Source: Camelus ferus (taxonomy: Eukaryota). Taken from it: DNA of 64,000 bases. This document shows positions 24,700 through 39,000 of this stretch, one piece after another; the first letter of the stretch is position 1, and every line of letters starts with the position of its first letter. The stretch is from contig NC_045698.1 in NCBI RefSeq assembly GCF_009834535.1, positions 5,830,001 through 5,894,000 of the forward strand. Direction: 5' to 3'. A model generated the notes under the pieces. It ran no database searches. It was given only the letters and a program-made list of their open reading frames with translations, and was not told where the DNA came from. Position numbers and translations under genes: made by a program.

Positions 24700-24995
24700 T
24701 TTTGGCTCAAATTGGCTTAAACCCTAATGGACTTCTCATGTCACATGTCTACTGGTCCTGAGGGAGTGGCTCCCTAGGCAGAAGGGCTCAGCTCTGCCCT
24801 CTGTTTCAGCCTGTGTCCCTGCTCTGCAGGCAGTAAGTGGGCTGCGGCAGTTGTAGCTTCACACCCCCTACCCACTAGCCATCCCACCACCTACCTACTA
24901 TCCAGAGGGAGAAAGGAGCCCTCTCTTCCCTCATCTTCTAGGAGCTAAGGCACATTTCGGGAATGCCTCGCGTCTCATTGGCCAACACTGACCTG
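24700..24995 (-). mobile_element. MLT1-like LTR fragment
   Basis: ctcaaattggcttaaac...gggctgcggcagttgtagcttcaca...gtctcattggcca. Confidence 0.5.
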
Positions 24996-26269
24996 CAGGT
25001 TGGATAATAACTACGAATAAAAATGCCTGGCACAAGACAGTGCATCCTTCGATTACCTAGAATTTCAGCTGCAGCCAAGGAAGTCAGTCCTTGCAGGCTC
25101 AGATTTGGGCTGCAGCGTCTGTCTCAAGCACATGCCTCACTTGTTTTCCTCCCCAGGAACTCTCTGCAGCCTCAGGAGTTCACCCCAGGCCACACCTCCA
25201 CCAACAGGGATCCCGTGACAGAAGGACACTTCTAGGAAGTGTCTCCGCCCCTCTCCGTAACCCTGGAGGAGGGAGTTTCACAGCCACAGCAGACCTCTCC
25301 TGACGGGGCTTTTCCTTCTTCCCTGCCTCTTCCCCTCATCCCTCCCACCTGAGCTGAGCAATAATCTCCCCGGGAAACTCTGTGAGCTAAGCCCTCATCT
25401 CAGGCTCTCCAAGGGAGGCTCAGGCCAGCACGCCAGCTTGTCCTTGTGGACAAGGGCAGAGTGCCCTGGTGCGGCATGCAGTCTGAAATGAGGCTGGCAC
25501 CTGCACGCTTCTGAGGCTTTGATGGACTGAATTTTCTTGTGTTCAAAGGACTGGGGTGACCTTGTGCAGCCACGCACAGAGGGGTACTCACATCTACATG
25601 ATTTTTAACAGCCTCTTAGAATTATGCAGTGCACAACCTGCACACTGGATGCAGTGGCTTTGGGAGGGAGGGGTGTAGGCATCCCCTCTCAGGGGCAACT
25701 GGATTCCTCGGGGCTTCTCCAAGAATCCTCTCTCTTTCTGGATTCTCAGTTATGTGAAGCTGCCAACAGTTGTCTGTCATTCTCAGTAAAGCTCAAAAAG
25801 GCTTTTTGGTTTGGGTGATTAATTTTAGCAGCTTCACTGTGGGTCATAGTTAACTGGAGTAAAAAAGTTGGTGCTTTTGCTTATACAAGACAAATTGCTC
25901 TTTTAATGATTTTTCTATTATTAGATGGGGTCACAGAGTGCTGTGGTGACACCTATGGTCCTACCAAATCCACAGTTGAATAATTGAATGCAATTAATTA
26001 AATTAATTACAGCAATTTGTGAGCTCCTATTCCATATGAGACTCAGCAGCAGATTATACGCATGTTGAGGTGGGAGAGGGCTTGTGTGGAAACTTCTGAA
26101 GCAACATCAGCCACCACCTGGGCTAGGAGCTCTCTGAATGATGTAGAGAATAAGGAACCTGGTCATTCCAACATATTTACAATTTGTTTTTTAACCTTAC
26201 ATAGTTTACAAAGCTAAAGCTCTAAATAGTTATTAGAAACAATGAACAGTACATATACGTAAATTAAAA

Positions 26270-26548
26270 AAAAGAAATATCCAGAATAGATAAATCCAAA
26301 AAGAGAGAATGCATATTCCTGGTTACCAGGGGCTGGGAGGAGGTACCAAAAGAGGGAAAGTGCTTAATGTGTAAGAGGTTTTATTTTGGGTGATGGAAAT
26401 ATTTTGGAACTAGATAGAAGTGGTGTTTGCACAACATTGTCAATGTACTGAACGCCACTGAATTGTTTATTTTAAAATGGTTAATTTCTAGATTGTGAAT
26501 TTCATCTTAGTAAATTATTTAAATGAAAAAATTAAAAATTAAAAAAAT
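26270..26548 (+). mobile_element. L1MB-like 3' end with A-rich tail
   Basis: tggttaccaggggctgg...gatggaaatattttggaactagatagaagtggtgtttgcacaacattgtcaatgtactgaacgccactgaattg. Confidence 0.85.
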
Positions 26549-26604
26549 TGTTTTCCTACTTGCAAATAAATATAGCATATAAAGTAAGATTTGGTTTTAA
26601 TAAA

Positions 26605-26800
26605 TAATTATAAAATAGCTAATATTGAGTATTTATTATGCTTTGTAAACCATGGTGATAAGTTTTTTACATGGATAGTTTTATACAATACTAACAAACA
26701 AACTAACAAGGTAAGCTCAGTTTCCAGATGAAAAATTAAAATCACAGAGAGGTCAAGGAACATGCCCAAGGTCACACAGCTGGGCAACTCTCTAAGCCTT
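26605..26800 (-). mobile_element. MIR SINE
   Basis: cagatgaaaaattaaaatcacagagaggtcaaggaacatgcccaaggtcacacagct. Confidence 0.85.
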
Positions 26801-27984
26801 AGTCCGTCTCAATACCTTCAGAGAAGAAACATTCAAATACCATGGGAATTTTGAGTTAGTAAGCTCATATTAATATAAGGGCATAAAATGTGAGATCCAA
26901 ATAATAGACTGATAAATTTTAAAAGTGAAAATAATAAATGTAAAGAGACGTAACCATTAGCCTGGTGTATGTTGTTTCTAATACATTATACTACTCGTTA
27001 TGTATTTCTCACAGGGTATTCAACACAGTATTCCATTTACTATTGCTTATGGAATGCTGCAGTATATTTGAGATCTACAAGCATGTAATGACAAGTTGCT
27101 ATCTTGCACAATTGAGTAATCAATTAAAATTGATTATAAAACAACTTGTGAAAAGTCTATAAACCTTGAAGGCATTTTAACATGAGTTTGAAAGCCCCCT
27201 GTCCTTTCCCACCCTCTTTCCCAAGGCTCCCTCCTTTCTCCTTGGGATGTCATGAAGGACCATGTGGCCATGATGAATGGTCTCCAGATGCCATGTGTCA
27301 GCTCTGGACGGTATTACTGCAACTCAGCAGACATTCAATGCATTTTCAATTAAATACTCTATATGCAAGTATGTTTGGAGGAAAGGCTTTTTAAAAAATA
27401 ATTCTGCTAAAATAACCTTGAAAAAAATCATAAAATGATGAAACATATTTCTTCCTATGCCACAAATTAGTCACAACTATTGAAAAATTATCAATGTCAG
27501 AAGTCAGGTTCCAATGCTTAAAATAAAGCTTCTCTACAATATTTAAAATATCTTCAATTTATAAAAGATACATTTGCTTTTTATTTGTTCATGTATATTT
27601 AAAAAAATTATAAATCTTTGTTGGAAGGCCAGAGGTTAATTTGAGAATCCAAATTTCCAAAAAGAATAAGGTAAGGTTCTTTGCAGATTATGACTTAAAG
27701 AAAAAGACTTTTATGAATCTCAAAAAAGTTTAATTCTACTAACTATGCTTTTTAAAATTTGGCCGGTTCATGTCTTGCTGGCTTCAGACAAATTCATCTA
27801 ACACTTTACAGAAAAAAAAAATCAAAGGTAAAGCAAATCAAAATTTACCTTTTTGGGCTTTTTAACAGGCCTGTTTTGGTGTGATGTTTGCTCCGACCAA
27901 CTGATTTATCAGTGTGTGTTCCTGCATTTTCTGAGTCAGCCACAGCATGTGAGGGAGAAGAGCCCTTGGCATGAAAGCTGGAAC

Positions 27985-28110
27985 AGAGGCCTTGCTTTGC
28001 AATCTGCAGAGTTTTAGATAAGTGACTAGGTTTCTCTGGGCCTCAGTTTCCTCATCTGGAAAATAAGGAGCATGTGAGATGAGGCACATTTTTTAAAGTA
28101 TTTGGTAAGC
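27985..28110 (+). mobile_element. MIR SINE
   Basis: ttctctgggcctcagtttcctcatctggaaaataagg MIR core. Confidence 0.8.
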
Positions 28111-29237
28111 CTTAATGTGCTAAACAAGAGTGAGGTATTTTGTAATACTCATTAATATTCGTATCACAACTTTATTTAAGCTCACAATGATCATTACGTT
28201 TAGGTTCACATTTATCCTCGGTGGCATTATTTGACACAATTTATAGTGTATCTTACCAATTCTGATTAACCTTCAGAGAATCCCTTTGCCAGCATGTTTT
28301 GTTTTAAGGTCTGTATGACTTTTAAGGGTCTTCTGTGGTTATTCTTCCAGACCAGGAAGGTTCATTCTTTCATGTGCCACGTTGATATCTCTGATCACAG
28401 CCTCTGGCCATCCATTTCACTTTCTGTGTGAAATTTCAATAAGGGTGTAGGTTTTGAAACACCAGCACTGTTTCTATGTTTGTAATGCCCTTGGTATATC
28501 TGTCCCAACACTTACTTCTTATTCTTTAACGTGTCTGGTAAACTTTTGAGGGAAACTGACTTATGCTATGTTGAGAAGCTATTCTGTTTACCTAGCATAA
28601 ATATTCAAGATTCTTCTTAATTTCAAATGTTGTAATTTTCAAAGGTAATATAAAACTTCAGGTACTATATTTATAATAACATATGGTGTTTATTATTAAA
28701 TATTAAATATTTAGTAATTAGTTACAATAATATAAAAATTCATGTTCTTAATGAGTTTGTCTTCAATTAAATTTCCTTGCTGTTGAATTCCCTAATGTTC
28801 CTCTCATTGCCAGCTGAATAGACCTGATCTTAATATTATGAAGATCTGAGAATTTAAAGCGAATGAATTTTTTTAAATAAAAGCTGAATTAATGAGTATG
28901 AAGAAAAACTCATACTGAAGTGCTCTGAATGTGACACCTTCTGCCAGAACCTCACAGATGTCACCACCCTTGATATTTACAGTGGTTCTGGGAGGGAGGG
29001 ACTGTTGCCTCCGTCTCAGAGAAGGAGGCTGGACCTCAGAAATACCACCTGACTTGTCATCCAGCTAGATACTGACAAAGGATCAAATTTGTGACTTGAA
29101 ATTAATAAATCACATATACTTAGAGCTAGTTTCCATAAAAGAGCACTTTAAATCAAACAAACTTTGTGACTGAACATTTGAAAACTGTAGCTGGAATATA
29201 CAGATCAAATGTGTTACAAAATCTGTGTGACTGCTTA

Positions 29238-30591
29238 TTGATTTAAGTATAGATGATTTACAATATTATATTAGTTTTAGGTGTACTATATAGTGATTCA
29301 ATATTTTTATAGATTATACTCAACTTGAAGCTACTATAAAATACTGGCTAAGTCCCCAGTGCTGTACAATACATCGTTGTAGTTTGTTTTATACTTAGTA
29401 GGTTGTGCTTCTTAATCCCCTACCCATGTTTCACCCCTACCCCCTTCTGTGTCCCTGCTGGTAACCAGTAGTTTGTTCTCTATATCTGTAAGTCTGTTTC
29501 TGTTTTGTTATATTCAATAACTTGTTTCATGTTTTAGATTCCAGGTAAGTGTTAATATATAATATTTTTCATTCCCTGTCTGCCATATTTCACTAAACAT
29601 AATACCCTCCAAGTCCATTCATGTTGTTGCAAATGGAAAAATTTCACTTTTATGACTGAGTAATATTCCATTGTATATATATGCCACATCTTCTTTATCC
29701 ATTCATTCACTGAGGGTCACTTACATTGCTTTCATATCTTGGCTGTTGTAAACAAAACTGCTCTGAACATTGAATGCATGTATCTTTTCAAATTAGTGTT
29801 TTTTTTTTCTTTAGATATATACACAGGAATTGTGGACCACATGGTAGTTCTGTTTTTAGGGTCTTTTTTGAGGAAACTCCATACTGTTTTCCACAGTGTC
29901 TACACCAATTTACATTCCCATCCGAAGCGTACAAGGGTTCCCTAGTCCCCATATCTTCTCCAGTCTTTTTGATGATAGACATTCTGACAGGTGTGAGGTG
30001 ATAGCTCACTGTGGTTTTGATTTGCACTTCTCTGATGATTAATGATGCTGAGGATCTTTTCATGTGCCTGTTGGCCATCTGCATGTCTTCTTTAGAAAAA
30101 TGCGTATTCAGATCTTCTGCCCATTTTAAAATAGGGTTGTTTGTTTTCTGATATTGAGTCATATGAGTTGTTTATATATTTTGGATATTAACCCCTTATT
30201 GGTCATATCATTTGTAAATATTTTCTCCCACTCAGTTGGTGTCTTTTGTTTTTGTCAATGGTTTCTTTTGCTGTGTAAATGTTTTTAAATTTAATTAGGT
30301 CCAACTTATTTATTTTTGCTTTTGTTTCTTTTGCCTTAGGAGACAGATTCAAAAAAATATTGGTATGATTTATGTCAAAGAGTGTCCTGCCTATGTTTTC
30401 TTCTAGGAGTTGTATGGTTTTTGGTTTTACATTTAGGTTTTTAATTCATTTTGAGATTATTTTTATATGGTGTAAAAAAATGTTCTAATTTCATTCTTTT
30501 GCATGCAGCTGTCCAGTGTTCCCAGTACCACTTATTGAAGAGACCATCTTTTCTCCATTGTATATTCTTGCTTCCTTTGTCATAGATGAAT
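29238..30591 (-). mobile_element. 5'-truncated L1 (cetartiodactyl-type) with ORF2 C-terminal remnant
   Basis: ORF 29788..30162 contains [29 protein letters not shown]...[17 protein letters not shown], the L1 ORF2 C-terminus. The L1 3' UTR lies at about 29240-29700. Confidence 0.95.
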
Positions 30592-32959
30592 TTTTTGTAT
30601 TTCTACATAAGGAAAGAGATTGATCACTTATGCCAATTACATCTTTAGGAAGTAGAAACTCCAGTAGAAAATAGTTGGTAGAAAAAGAACACAAACTTAA
30701 AACTCCAACTAGAATCATTAGAGATTTATGTAAAGATCTCCTGGATTTTAAAACTGGTGTTGCATTTATTTTATTAGCTATTTATTAATCATTAAAAATA
30801 AATACAAACAACAAATTCAGTACCATCTTGAGGAAGTACTTAATCATTTACATTTATAATCACAAGAAAACATATGTATATATATATGAGATATGTTACT
30901 CTTTCCTTAATATAGTTTTTGTTACAGTAAAATACTTTATGGATGTAACTGTTGAAGTTGTAAGCGAGTATAAATAAATGATGTAACGTGTTCAGATTCT
31001 TAGTACTACAAAGCTCTTAGAAACTAAATGGCAAAAGATTAAAAAGATCAACTCTACTGGGTGCTAGTCCTGTTGTTTCCCAGGAGACGAGACAAATTCC
31101 ATGTGGGACTGTAGACCCCAGTCCCCAGACATTCGTTCAGGAAGTGACATGCTTCAGCAAAGGGTAGAGTTACCACAATCGATTTATCTTCCTAGAACAT
31201 GTGCATGCTCACTGTAATTAACATGAATTACCTTCACATTTATAAAAGTAGTTTTAACTCTGAACATCTGAAGTGTCAACAAATATTTCATCCTACATAA
31301 AAACTAAGATTTTTCTTGATCCGAAGTTAGTTCAGACTGACCTGGGAACCAGTGCCTCTATAATCAGTAATAGATTCTACTGAAGCTACTGCAATGCTTT
31401 TGCCAGTGTGAAGGAAAAGAAGCCTAACTGCAAATCCCAGTAACAGAAGTCTCTTTGGGTTGGGAGTAAATCTGACAAAGCACCTCTAACTTCCTCTTCT
31501 CTTTGAACCTCCCAAGGCTCTATGAGTTGTCTGATTTTTCCATCTCACAAAAATAAGCTTTACAGCAACACAAAAACATTGCTCAGCCTCATGAACCAAG
31601 GAGCCAAAGTGCTGCAAAGGCAAACTAGAAAGATCAGGGAGGGAGCATGCCAAACCAGACCTTCTCGGGCTGGACCTCGCCACCAAAATATCCCCACTGT
31701 CTCTGCATCACTCTGCAGTGCCAGCACCAGGGGCAGGCGAATGAGGTGAGAGCCCAGCAGCTTTCTGTGCTCAGACGTTCTGACAGATGGCACAGGAAAA
31801 GCAACAAGGGGCCTTTGGGAAGGCGAATGCACAAATAGAACTTTATTTGAGCATTTAAGTGTTAAAAGAAATAGGATCTGTGAAGGCAGAGAAAAACGAA
31901 GCCATAAATTGTGATTTATTTCCTCTGAATTATCAACCTGCTCTGACTTCAGGGTTCTCTTTTCTTCATAGTGTGTCAGGTTCACCCTGAGCTCTATACC
32001 TTAGTGTGGGCTTAGAATGGAAACTCTCTCTGTTTTTCTAGACCAACTATAGTGACCAGAATTAAGTAGTCTAACATTTTTCTCATAGCTCAGAAATCTG
32101 AACTGAGAAATTTCTAGGGTAAGTCTGCTTAGCTCAGGAAGCCTACAGGCTACTCTGACCATTCAGTATTTCCTCTGGACATTCTCATTAACGAGAGACA
32201 TTTGTATGATTCGTAGTATCTCATGTACACAGAAGATCTAGTGTTGGCAGAGCATCTAGTGTGTTCAAGGCATTTAAAGTGTATCTTGCATGCTCCAGGC
32301 ATTTGGGAGTGAAAGCATCGAGTGTGTGCTGACTCTGGACTCCCAGCCCTAGAATGTCGGCTGGGGAATGAGGAGGTCTCTACTCACCACACTGCAGTCC
32401 GCACAGTCAGGCCCGTTCTCGCAGGTTCTGCGGTGAGCTTGAATGCCACCCATACACCGCACCTTCCACTGTTCCCAGGGACCCCAGCCTGTCCAGAACA
32501 TGTATCAGGGGCACAGCAGGTGCTCACTGCAGTATCTGTACTGGGGAAACCAAGAGGAAGAGAAAAGGTTTAGTGTAACGTGAGGCCACAGACAATGTCA
32601 CTCTCCGTCTCTGCACTGGATGTTGAATACACGGAAGTGCTCTGCGTGGAGGGGCCTTTTGTATCCGTAGTGGCTGCACCGCGAAGGGGGCCGATGTGGC
32701 GCTGACCATGCGACATGTGCACAGACAATGGGATGAGCGGGAGACAATGAGGAAAATGCAAAACTCACAATGCGGGATGGATCTTCCCGTGCAGCTGATT
32801 AGAGAAACAAACAAGACAAACTCCTTCAAATAGACACGAAAATAGAGGATCATGTAGAAAAACATGCACATAGAACATGCATATTCTAAATATGCAAGTT
32901 AAAAACTAAAGTAGGATTATAATATTAAGCCAGGAAAGAAAGCACTCTCTCTGTATTTA

Positions 32960-33050
32960 TACATGCATGCACACACACACATATTTTATTTTATATATAT
33001 ATATATGATATATATATGATATATATATATATACATATCTCATATATTTC
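32960..33050. repeat. (CA)n/(TA)n low-complexity tract
   Basis: Read directly. Confidence 0.9.
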
Positions 33051-36000
33051 TATAATTAAAAAATGCTAAACCATGGTTTTTTGGAGTAAGTCTATCCTAT
33101 ATATTTGGATTTGTAAGTTTTACATTTAACTAATTCTTAAATAAACATCTCAGAATGCTGTCAGACAATCTTTGAAACATTCCAACAAATACTCAATAAA
33201 GAACTAAATCCCTCTCTTTGAATAATGACCCTACTTTTCAATTTTTGAACACTTCTGTGTATGCCTCTATATTTCCAGTTTTTAGCCATATATCCAAAGT
33301 GCTGTTTATCCTTACAATTAGTCAGTCTCTCCACTCTTTGTAAATGTAAAATGCATTTCAAACTAAAATTTCCATGTGAAATGTGTAATAAAAAAGGAAA
33401 AGGAAAAATAATTCTCCAGTTCAAAGCCTCTAGGAATAAGTTTGAATATTCAGTGTTTGAGAATTCAGTGAGACATATTCAGTGATCTAACAAGTTATTT
33501 AAATTTAATAGTTTGTGTACTTAGTCTACTAAGAGAAAAGATTTCTAGGGAACAATGGGATATCTTTTTCTCCTCTTTCCCTCCCAGATCACCCTCCTTT
33601 AGAAATAAGCAGCAAAGTTTCCTATTTTCTAGGCTAAGTTAATCACCTTTAATATCATCACTGTTAATTATGGCTTAACACTGCAGGACACTATGCAGAG
33701 GGAATTGGAAAAGTCTCTTCCTGACCACAGATGCTCATCTGTCAAGATGAACACAAGAAAATGGACAAAATCCCAGGATGTGCAGGACAGAAACAGTGTG
33801 TTAGCACAGCAATATCGCTGCATCTTCACAGGCCAAAGGAAATGCATCTTTGAAGTAGAATAAGGGAAAAATGATAGCTAGTAACTACAAAAGGTAATTT
33901 GGGGTGTACAGTTCCTGACAGCCAATCCAGGGAAATGACAACTCCTTTTCCTTGAAATCAGAAAAACTTCCTGATACAAGGTAGAATGTAATGTCAAGTT
34001 GAAGGCTATCCACAGGGTGAGGCATCTTGAGCATCAGGTGGTGTTTTAAAGAAAGATGGAAGATAGAAATAGTAAGACTGAAGTAAAAAATGTTGCTTAG
34101 GAGAAGAGAGAAAGAAAGGAAATGATAAACAAACTGGGGTAACCATTTTTTATGACATAGTGAGGATAAGCTTGAACTGGATTTTTAAGGAATCGAGAAG
34201 GTTCCACAAAGCTCCAGGTTTAAATAGCACTGTCAGAGTTAAATAGTGAAGGCTTATCTCCAGGAGTTGGTATGTCAGCTTCTGGTGTCCAAGAGTCCTG
34301 AGGCTTCAGGAGCTGACTGTGTTGCAGTGTGAGGTCTGAGCCCTCAGACAGATGAGGCCACCAGCTGGAAGAGCTCATGGAGCAAACATAAGCCAGTCTT
34401 TGATGTGGAACTTTCATACTGAATCAGGAGAATAGACACAAATGCCAAATTCCAAACAGCAAGATTGCAATTTAACTGTGTGTCAACATAACCAAAATCA
34501 GGAATGTGTTGAAGTTGGAATCAGGGCAAACCAATGAACGAAGACCAAGAAAATGTTGTTCAGGAATGTTGGTATCCCTGCTCACATTAAGTATGAGTGG
34601 CTCTGGCAAGGAAGTGTGTCTTCTGAGGTTTCTATGTGCTAGTTGAGAAGACATTATCACAATCAAAGTGAGAGATAATAAATACCTAGACAAATGTGAT
34701 GGTTGTCATATGAGAGAGAGGATTTGTCACCTGTAGGATTATGTTAAGTAAAACAAACAAATCAAGAAAAAGCAATAATGCAAAAATCAAGGTCTCATCT
34801 TGAAAGAGGAAGGTGTTCTTAGTTTCAGAGAAAGATTGTTTGATATGTCATGATTGAGGATCTTCTAGAGAGCCAGGATATCAATTAGTTCAATAGACAC
34901 CATATAATGAGTACATTTCTGTAAACACTTAAATATAGGAATAACCTATGTATATTGCCCATCTATCCTTTCTGTTCTCTTTTGTCTTCATCTTCTAAGA
35001 TCAAAGGGAAATGTTAGACTTTCCTCTCAAGATAACGTGTTCTCCCACTGCCCTGACTCTCTGTGGCTAAGACTTTTGGAATTCTTATTTTCTCATATAT
35101 CCTCATGTACTAAGGAAAAGGGAAGTTCTCTGCTAGTTAAGAGAGAGTAGTTTCTGGATAGAAGTTTTGAAGCCAGGTTATAAAAAAAAGGCAAAATAAA
35201 ATTAAAGATACAATTGAGTGAAAGAATATGACCTTAGGAAGAATATGCAAATGTACATGCTGAGTTAAAATAAGTAAAACTTACCAACTACTCAGTAAAT
35301 ATTAACATATGTGTTGGAGCATGTAGTATTACAGAAAGAAATTGGGATTTATTTTCAGAACTTTTTAAAGTCAAAAATGCTGACAGAACTCTCAGCATCT
35401 TAGTTCCAAATATCCCTGTGTAATTTCTCTCACTGAAAGTAGAACAGGAAATGGAAAACAGCTGACTCACCGCCATTTAAAAGCTATAAGATGCCTAAGA
35501 TTCTATGACATTAATTTCAGCTTCAATAAAAGAAGCGGGTAAGAAGGGCAAATAATAATCTTTCTTTAAAATGCTCATAAAAGTCTTGACTTTTAATAAA
35601 GAGAGGGCAGTTGAGCTACCATTTTTTTCCATAGAAAAATAAACCACACTGTACAAGAACCTTCATACTGCCTATAGCAGGACACTTCTGAAAACACTTG
35701 ATGTATTTTTATAGTTATGGAAAAAAAAAGACAAAATGCAACAAAACACAAACTGCAAAATAACTCTGAAAGGTACATGTAGTATGGAGTTTTCAGGCAG
35801 TTTTATTATCTATTAGGCTGCATTTCAAGCTTAGAAAAAATTGCCTTTCTTTTTTTCCTCTTCATTTTTTAAGTTCCTTTTTCCTTTAAGCCATCATTTC
35901 TACAGCGGTCCTCTGAAACAAGCCACAGAAGGATGTGTTAAAATGCTACCCTCTGAAATTGCAGGATGTCTAACTAGGAGGTCAGAAGGGAAACAAAGTT

Positions 36001-39000
36001 GCTACATTAGCTCCATTCCTTTGTGTTGGGGTTTTCACTCAGGAGCCCGACCTCGGAGAGACTGCTCAGAGTCCAAGCCCTTACACACGCCAACTGTGGA
36101 TTCTCCACAACTGTGAGAAAGCAGTTTCTCTCAGACCTCCTCTCCCCCTACCCCAAGCAACCTGCGCTCCTGCGAGAGTGGTTTCGTGTAACCATTGATC
36201 ACAAACATCTGTGGGGATGGGAACTTAGTTACTCCACAGACTTTGATGCTGCTTGTTTTAGGGGTTTTTGTTTGTTTCAGTGGACAAATATCTATACATT
36301 GGACAACTGCTTGGGATTTCAGTCCTGCAGTCTTCTGCACACTATTGAGTTTTACCAAATAAGTCATTTAAAAAAATTTTTACTGGATCTCTTGGGCCTC
36401 TAGCATTTTAAAACATGGGAAGTCACAGATGTATTTCAGGATGCATTAAAAATTAAAATCGTAATTTTCCTACATGATGGTTTATTCTCATTTTGCATTT
36501 AAAAGCAATTATTATTTCCCCATAAATTATCCATTTTCTATAATCTTAGTCTCTGCTAAAGAAATTTGTTTATAATCCCATATAAACTATATTTATCAAA
36601 ACCACTTCACATTTTATTTCATACATCTTTATGATATAAATTGTGTTTGGCTTTTATCATCCATATCATTTGTTAGTTAGAGTTCCATTTTTCTTTCATT
36701 AATGAAATGAATTATAAATTCTACTTCTGTAAACAAATTTTAAATACATATGCTCTTCAACCAAGCTTGCCATTCCAGTGTTCCCTGAAGACGGCTTTAC
36801 ACAGCGTGGCACGTGGATACCCCGAGTACACATGTAACTGGAGTGAAGGAGCTTGATTCTCGCTCTGTGACCCTCTGCGCAGCCTGGGGAAGGTCACGGC
36901 GGGGAGAGTGCCACGATTCCCCAGGCAGCCCAGCAAAGTGGGCATTTTAGAGGGTTTCAAAACCTTCAACCAATCTTAAAATGTACAAGGTTCTAAAATA
37001 GCAAGGAGATGACTCAATCCATGAATGGCTTTCCACTTGTCAACTGGGGCTAGACAGGATGGGTCCTGACCTAGGACTGTGCCCTGGGATTTCCTCACAA
37101 ATAGCAAGCCCTGTTTGTCAACACTGTCCTTCTGTTCCACTTTTTGTGAAAATACAGGCATCTTCATTGGTACCTGGAGAACATAGTGAAGAAAGAAAGG
37201 GCTAAGTCATTTTGGTTTACTTATCAGTTGTAATATATGCCTAGTAAACTTATTAGTAAATCTGTAGTTCTTGTGCTTTAGAATATTAATCAATTATCAA
37301 ATATCTGGCTGCAGCATTTTTGTAAGAGGCTTCCTCAGTAAAGTGCCCTTTGAAGTGATATCACTTGATATAGCATTAATACAACTTAATTAAAAGATCA
37401 CTGTAAGCCATTTGCTCTTTCATTAATTAAAATAAAGAGAAATGTATACCAACAAAGCAGAACAAGAATCTTAAAAACAATGTGAAATTTATCTATTTCA
37501 ATTTTTAATGATAACCAGAAAACATAATACACTTTAAGCATACAGGAGAGAACTGAAGGTCAAAACCACAACTTTCAGGGAAAATAACCTCCCAATGTTT
37601 TTTACACTGCATATTTAGTGAGAATGGTAGGTAGTTATAAAATATTACAAAAAAAAAACCTCTGAAAATGACCCCAGATGTGGTGTAGCTGTTTATTTCA
37701 TGTTAGCTGCATTACTTCATCTGAATGTATCATAAACGTGGGACTTTATTAGGTCCTACACAGAATTGTAGGTTTTGAGACCTGTCCAGCTGGATTCTAA
37801 AAAGCACAATTCATTTTGTAGCAAACTCAATTTCTGAGTGTACGGGGAACAGGGAGCAAGGAGTCTTGGAACAGAGGAGACTGACGAGGAAGAGCTCAGT
37901 TCAGCAAACACAGAAGGCACCACTAAGGTCCAGGGATGCTGTCTGCTCGAGGTTTCAATAAAAGGATGGCAGACAGAGAGATGGAGATTGAGCTCAACTG
38001 AAAAGGATGCCACAGATGAGCTAAGCTAGATCCACACCTCAGATGCAGGTAAACCAGTCCAAGCTGGAATGTGAGGACAGCAACGCTGGGAGCAGAGTGA
38101 GTAGGTACCTTTCCTCATGGCTCTGTCCCATACGCACCTGGCACATGTGGAAGCTGATCCCACAGGTGGTGCCACAGAAAGACCATGAAATCTAGGCATG
38201 CAGCCTCCATTCCTGGGGTAAGGGAAGCAATGAGAGCACTTGGTCAAAACTGGCTCAGAATCCAAGCCTTCTCTCCACTTGCTCTCAAATTCACATCTTT
38301 CTGCACGTCTGACAGTGGGGCTCCGTGAGAAAAAGGAAGAGGGGCCATGGGACTGAATAGGTCATGTCATTTCAGTTGCTGAGTGGTTATTGGAGGTAGC
38401 TGGTTTTAGAGTCAAGAAGGGAAATTAAAAATGATGTTTTAAAATACATTGCAAATAATTCAAAGAGTTACACTAGGAACAACTGAGAAAGTTTAATCAT
38501 GAGAAAAGTTAAAGAATGCAAACCATATTGTTTTAACTGAAATATATTTAGAGATAATCTCCCTAACAGCAGAATTTATGTTAATTCTGCTACAATTATA
38601 CTACACTTTTTACATAAGATCGCATTTGAACAAAAAAAATCATAATTTAAACAAAAAAAATCATCTAAACACATATACAATCATTGCCTTAAAACCTTTT
38701 AACATTAGTGTAAATCAGCAGTACCTTTGACAGCATTCATGTAGATAAATAGTCTTGTCATAGTCAAGACTAGACAAAACTTGATTTAAAATGAAGGGAC
38801 TATTTAAATTCAAATTTCTAATTGTTTCTTTTTAAACTGGCAATGATTCAAAGAACAGAATTAAGGAGTTCAAATTGCAATATATGTATATTGATATCAT
38901 AATATAAATGACTTATAAGATTATATTGATATCTAATAAAGTCAACCCTTAGTGACAGCTATAGAAATTTGGCTAATATTTCATTTCTTCCTTTAATATT

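Noticed and set aside
27869..27948. FWCDVC as a C1/zinc-finger exon
   Set aside because: The remaining Cys/His spacing does not fit; kept only as a weak exon candidate
29788..30162. 124-aa ORF with protein-like sequence
   Set aside because: L1 ORF2 C-terminal remnant that drifts out of frame after IIKK; not a host gene
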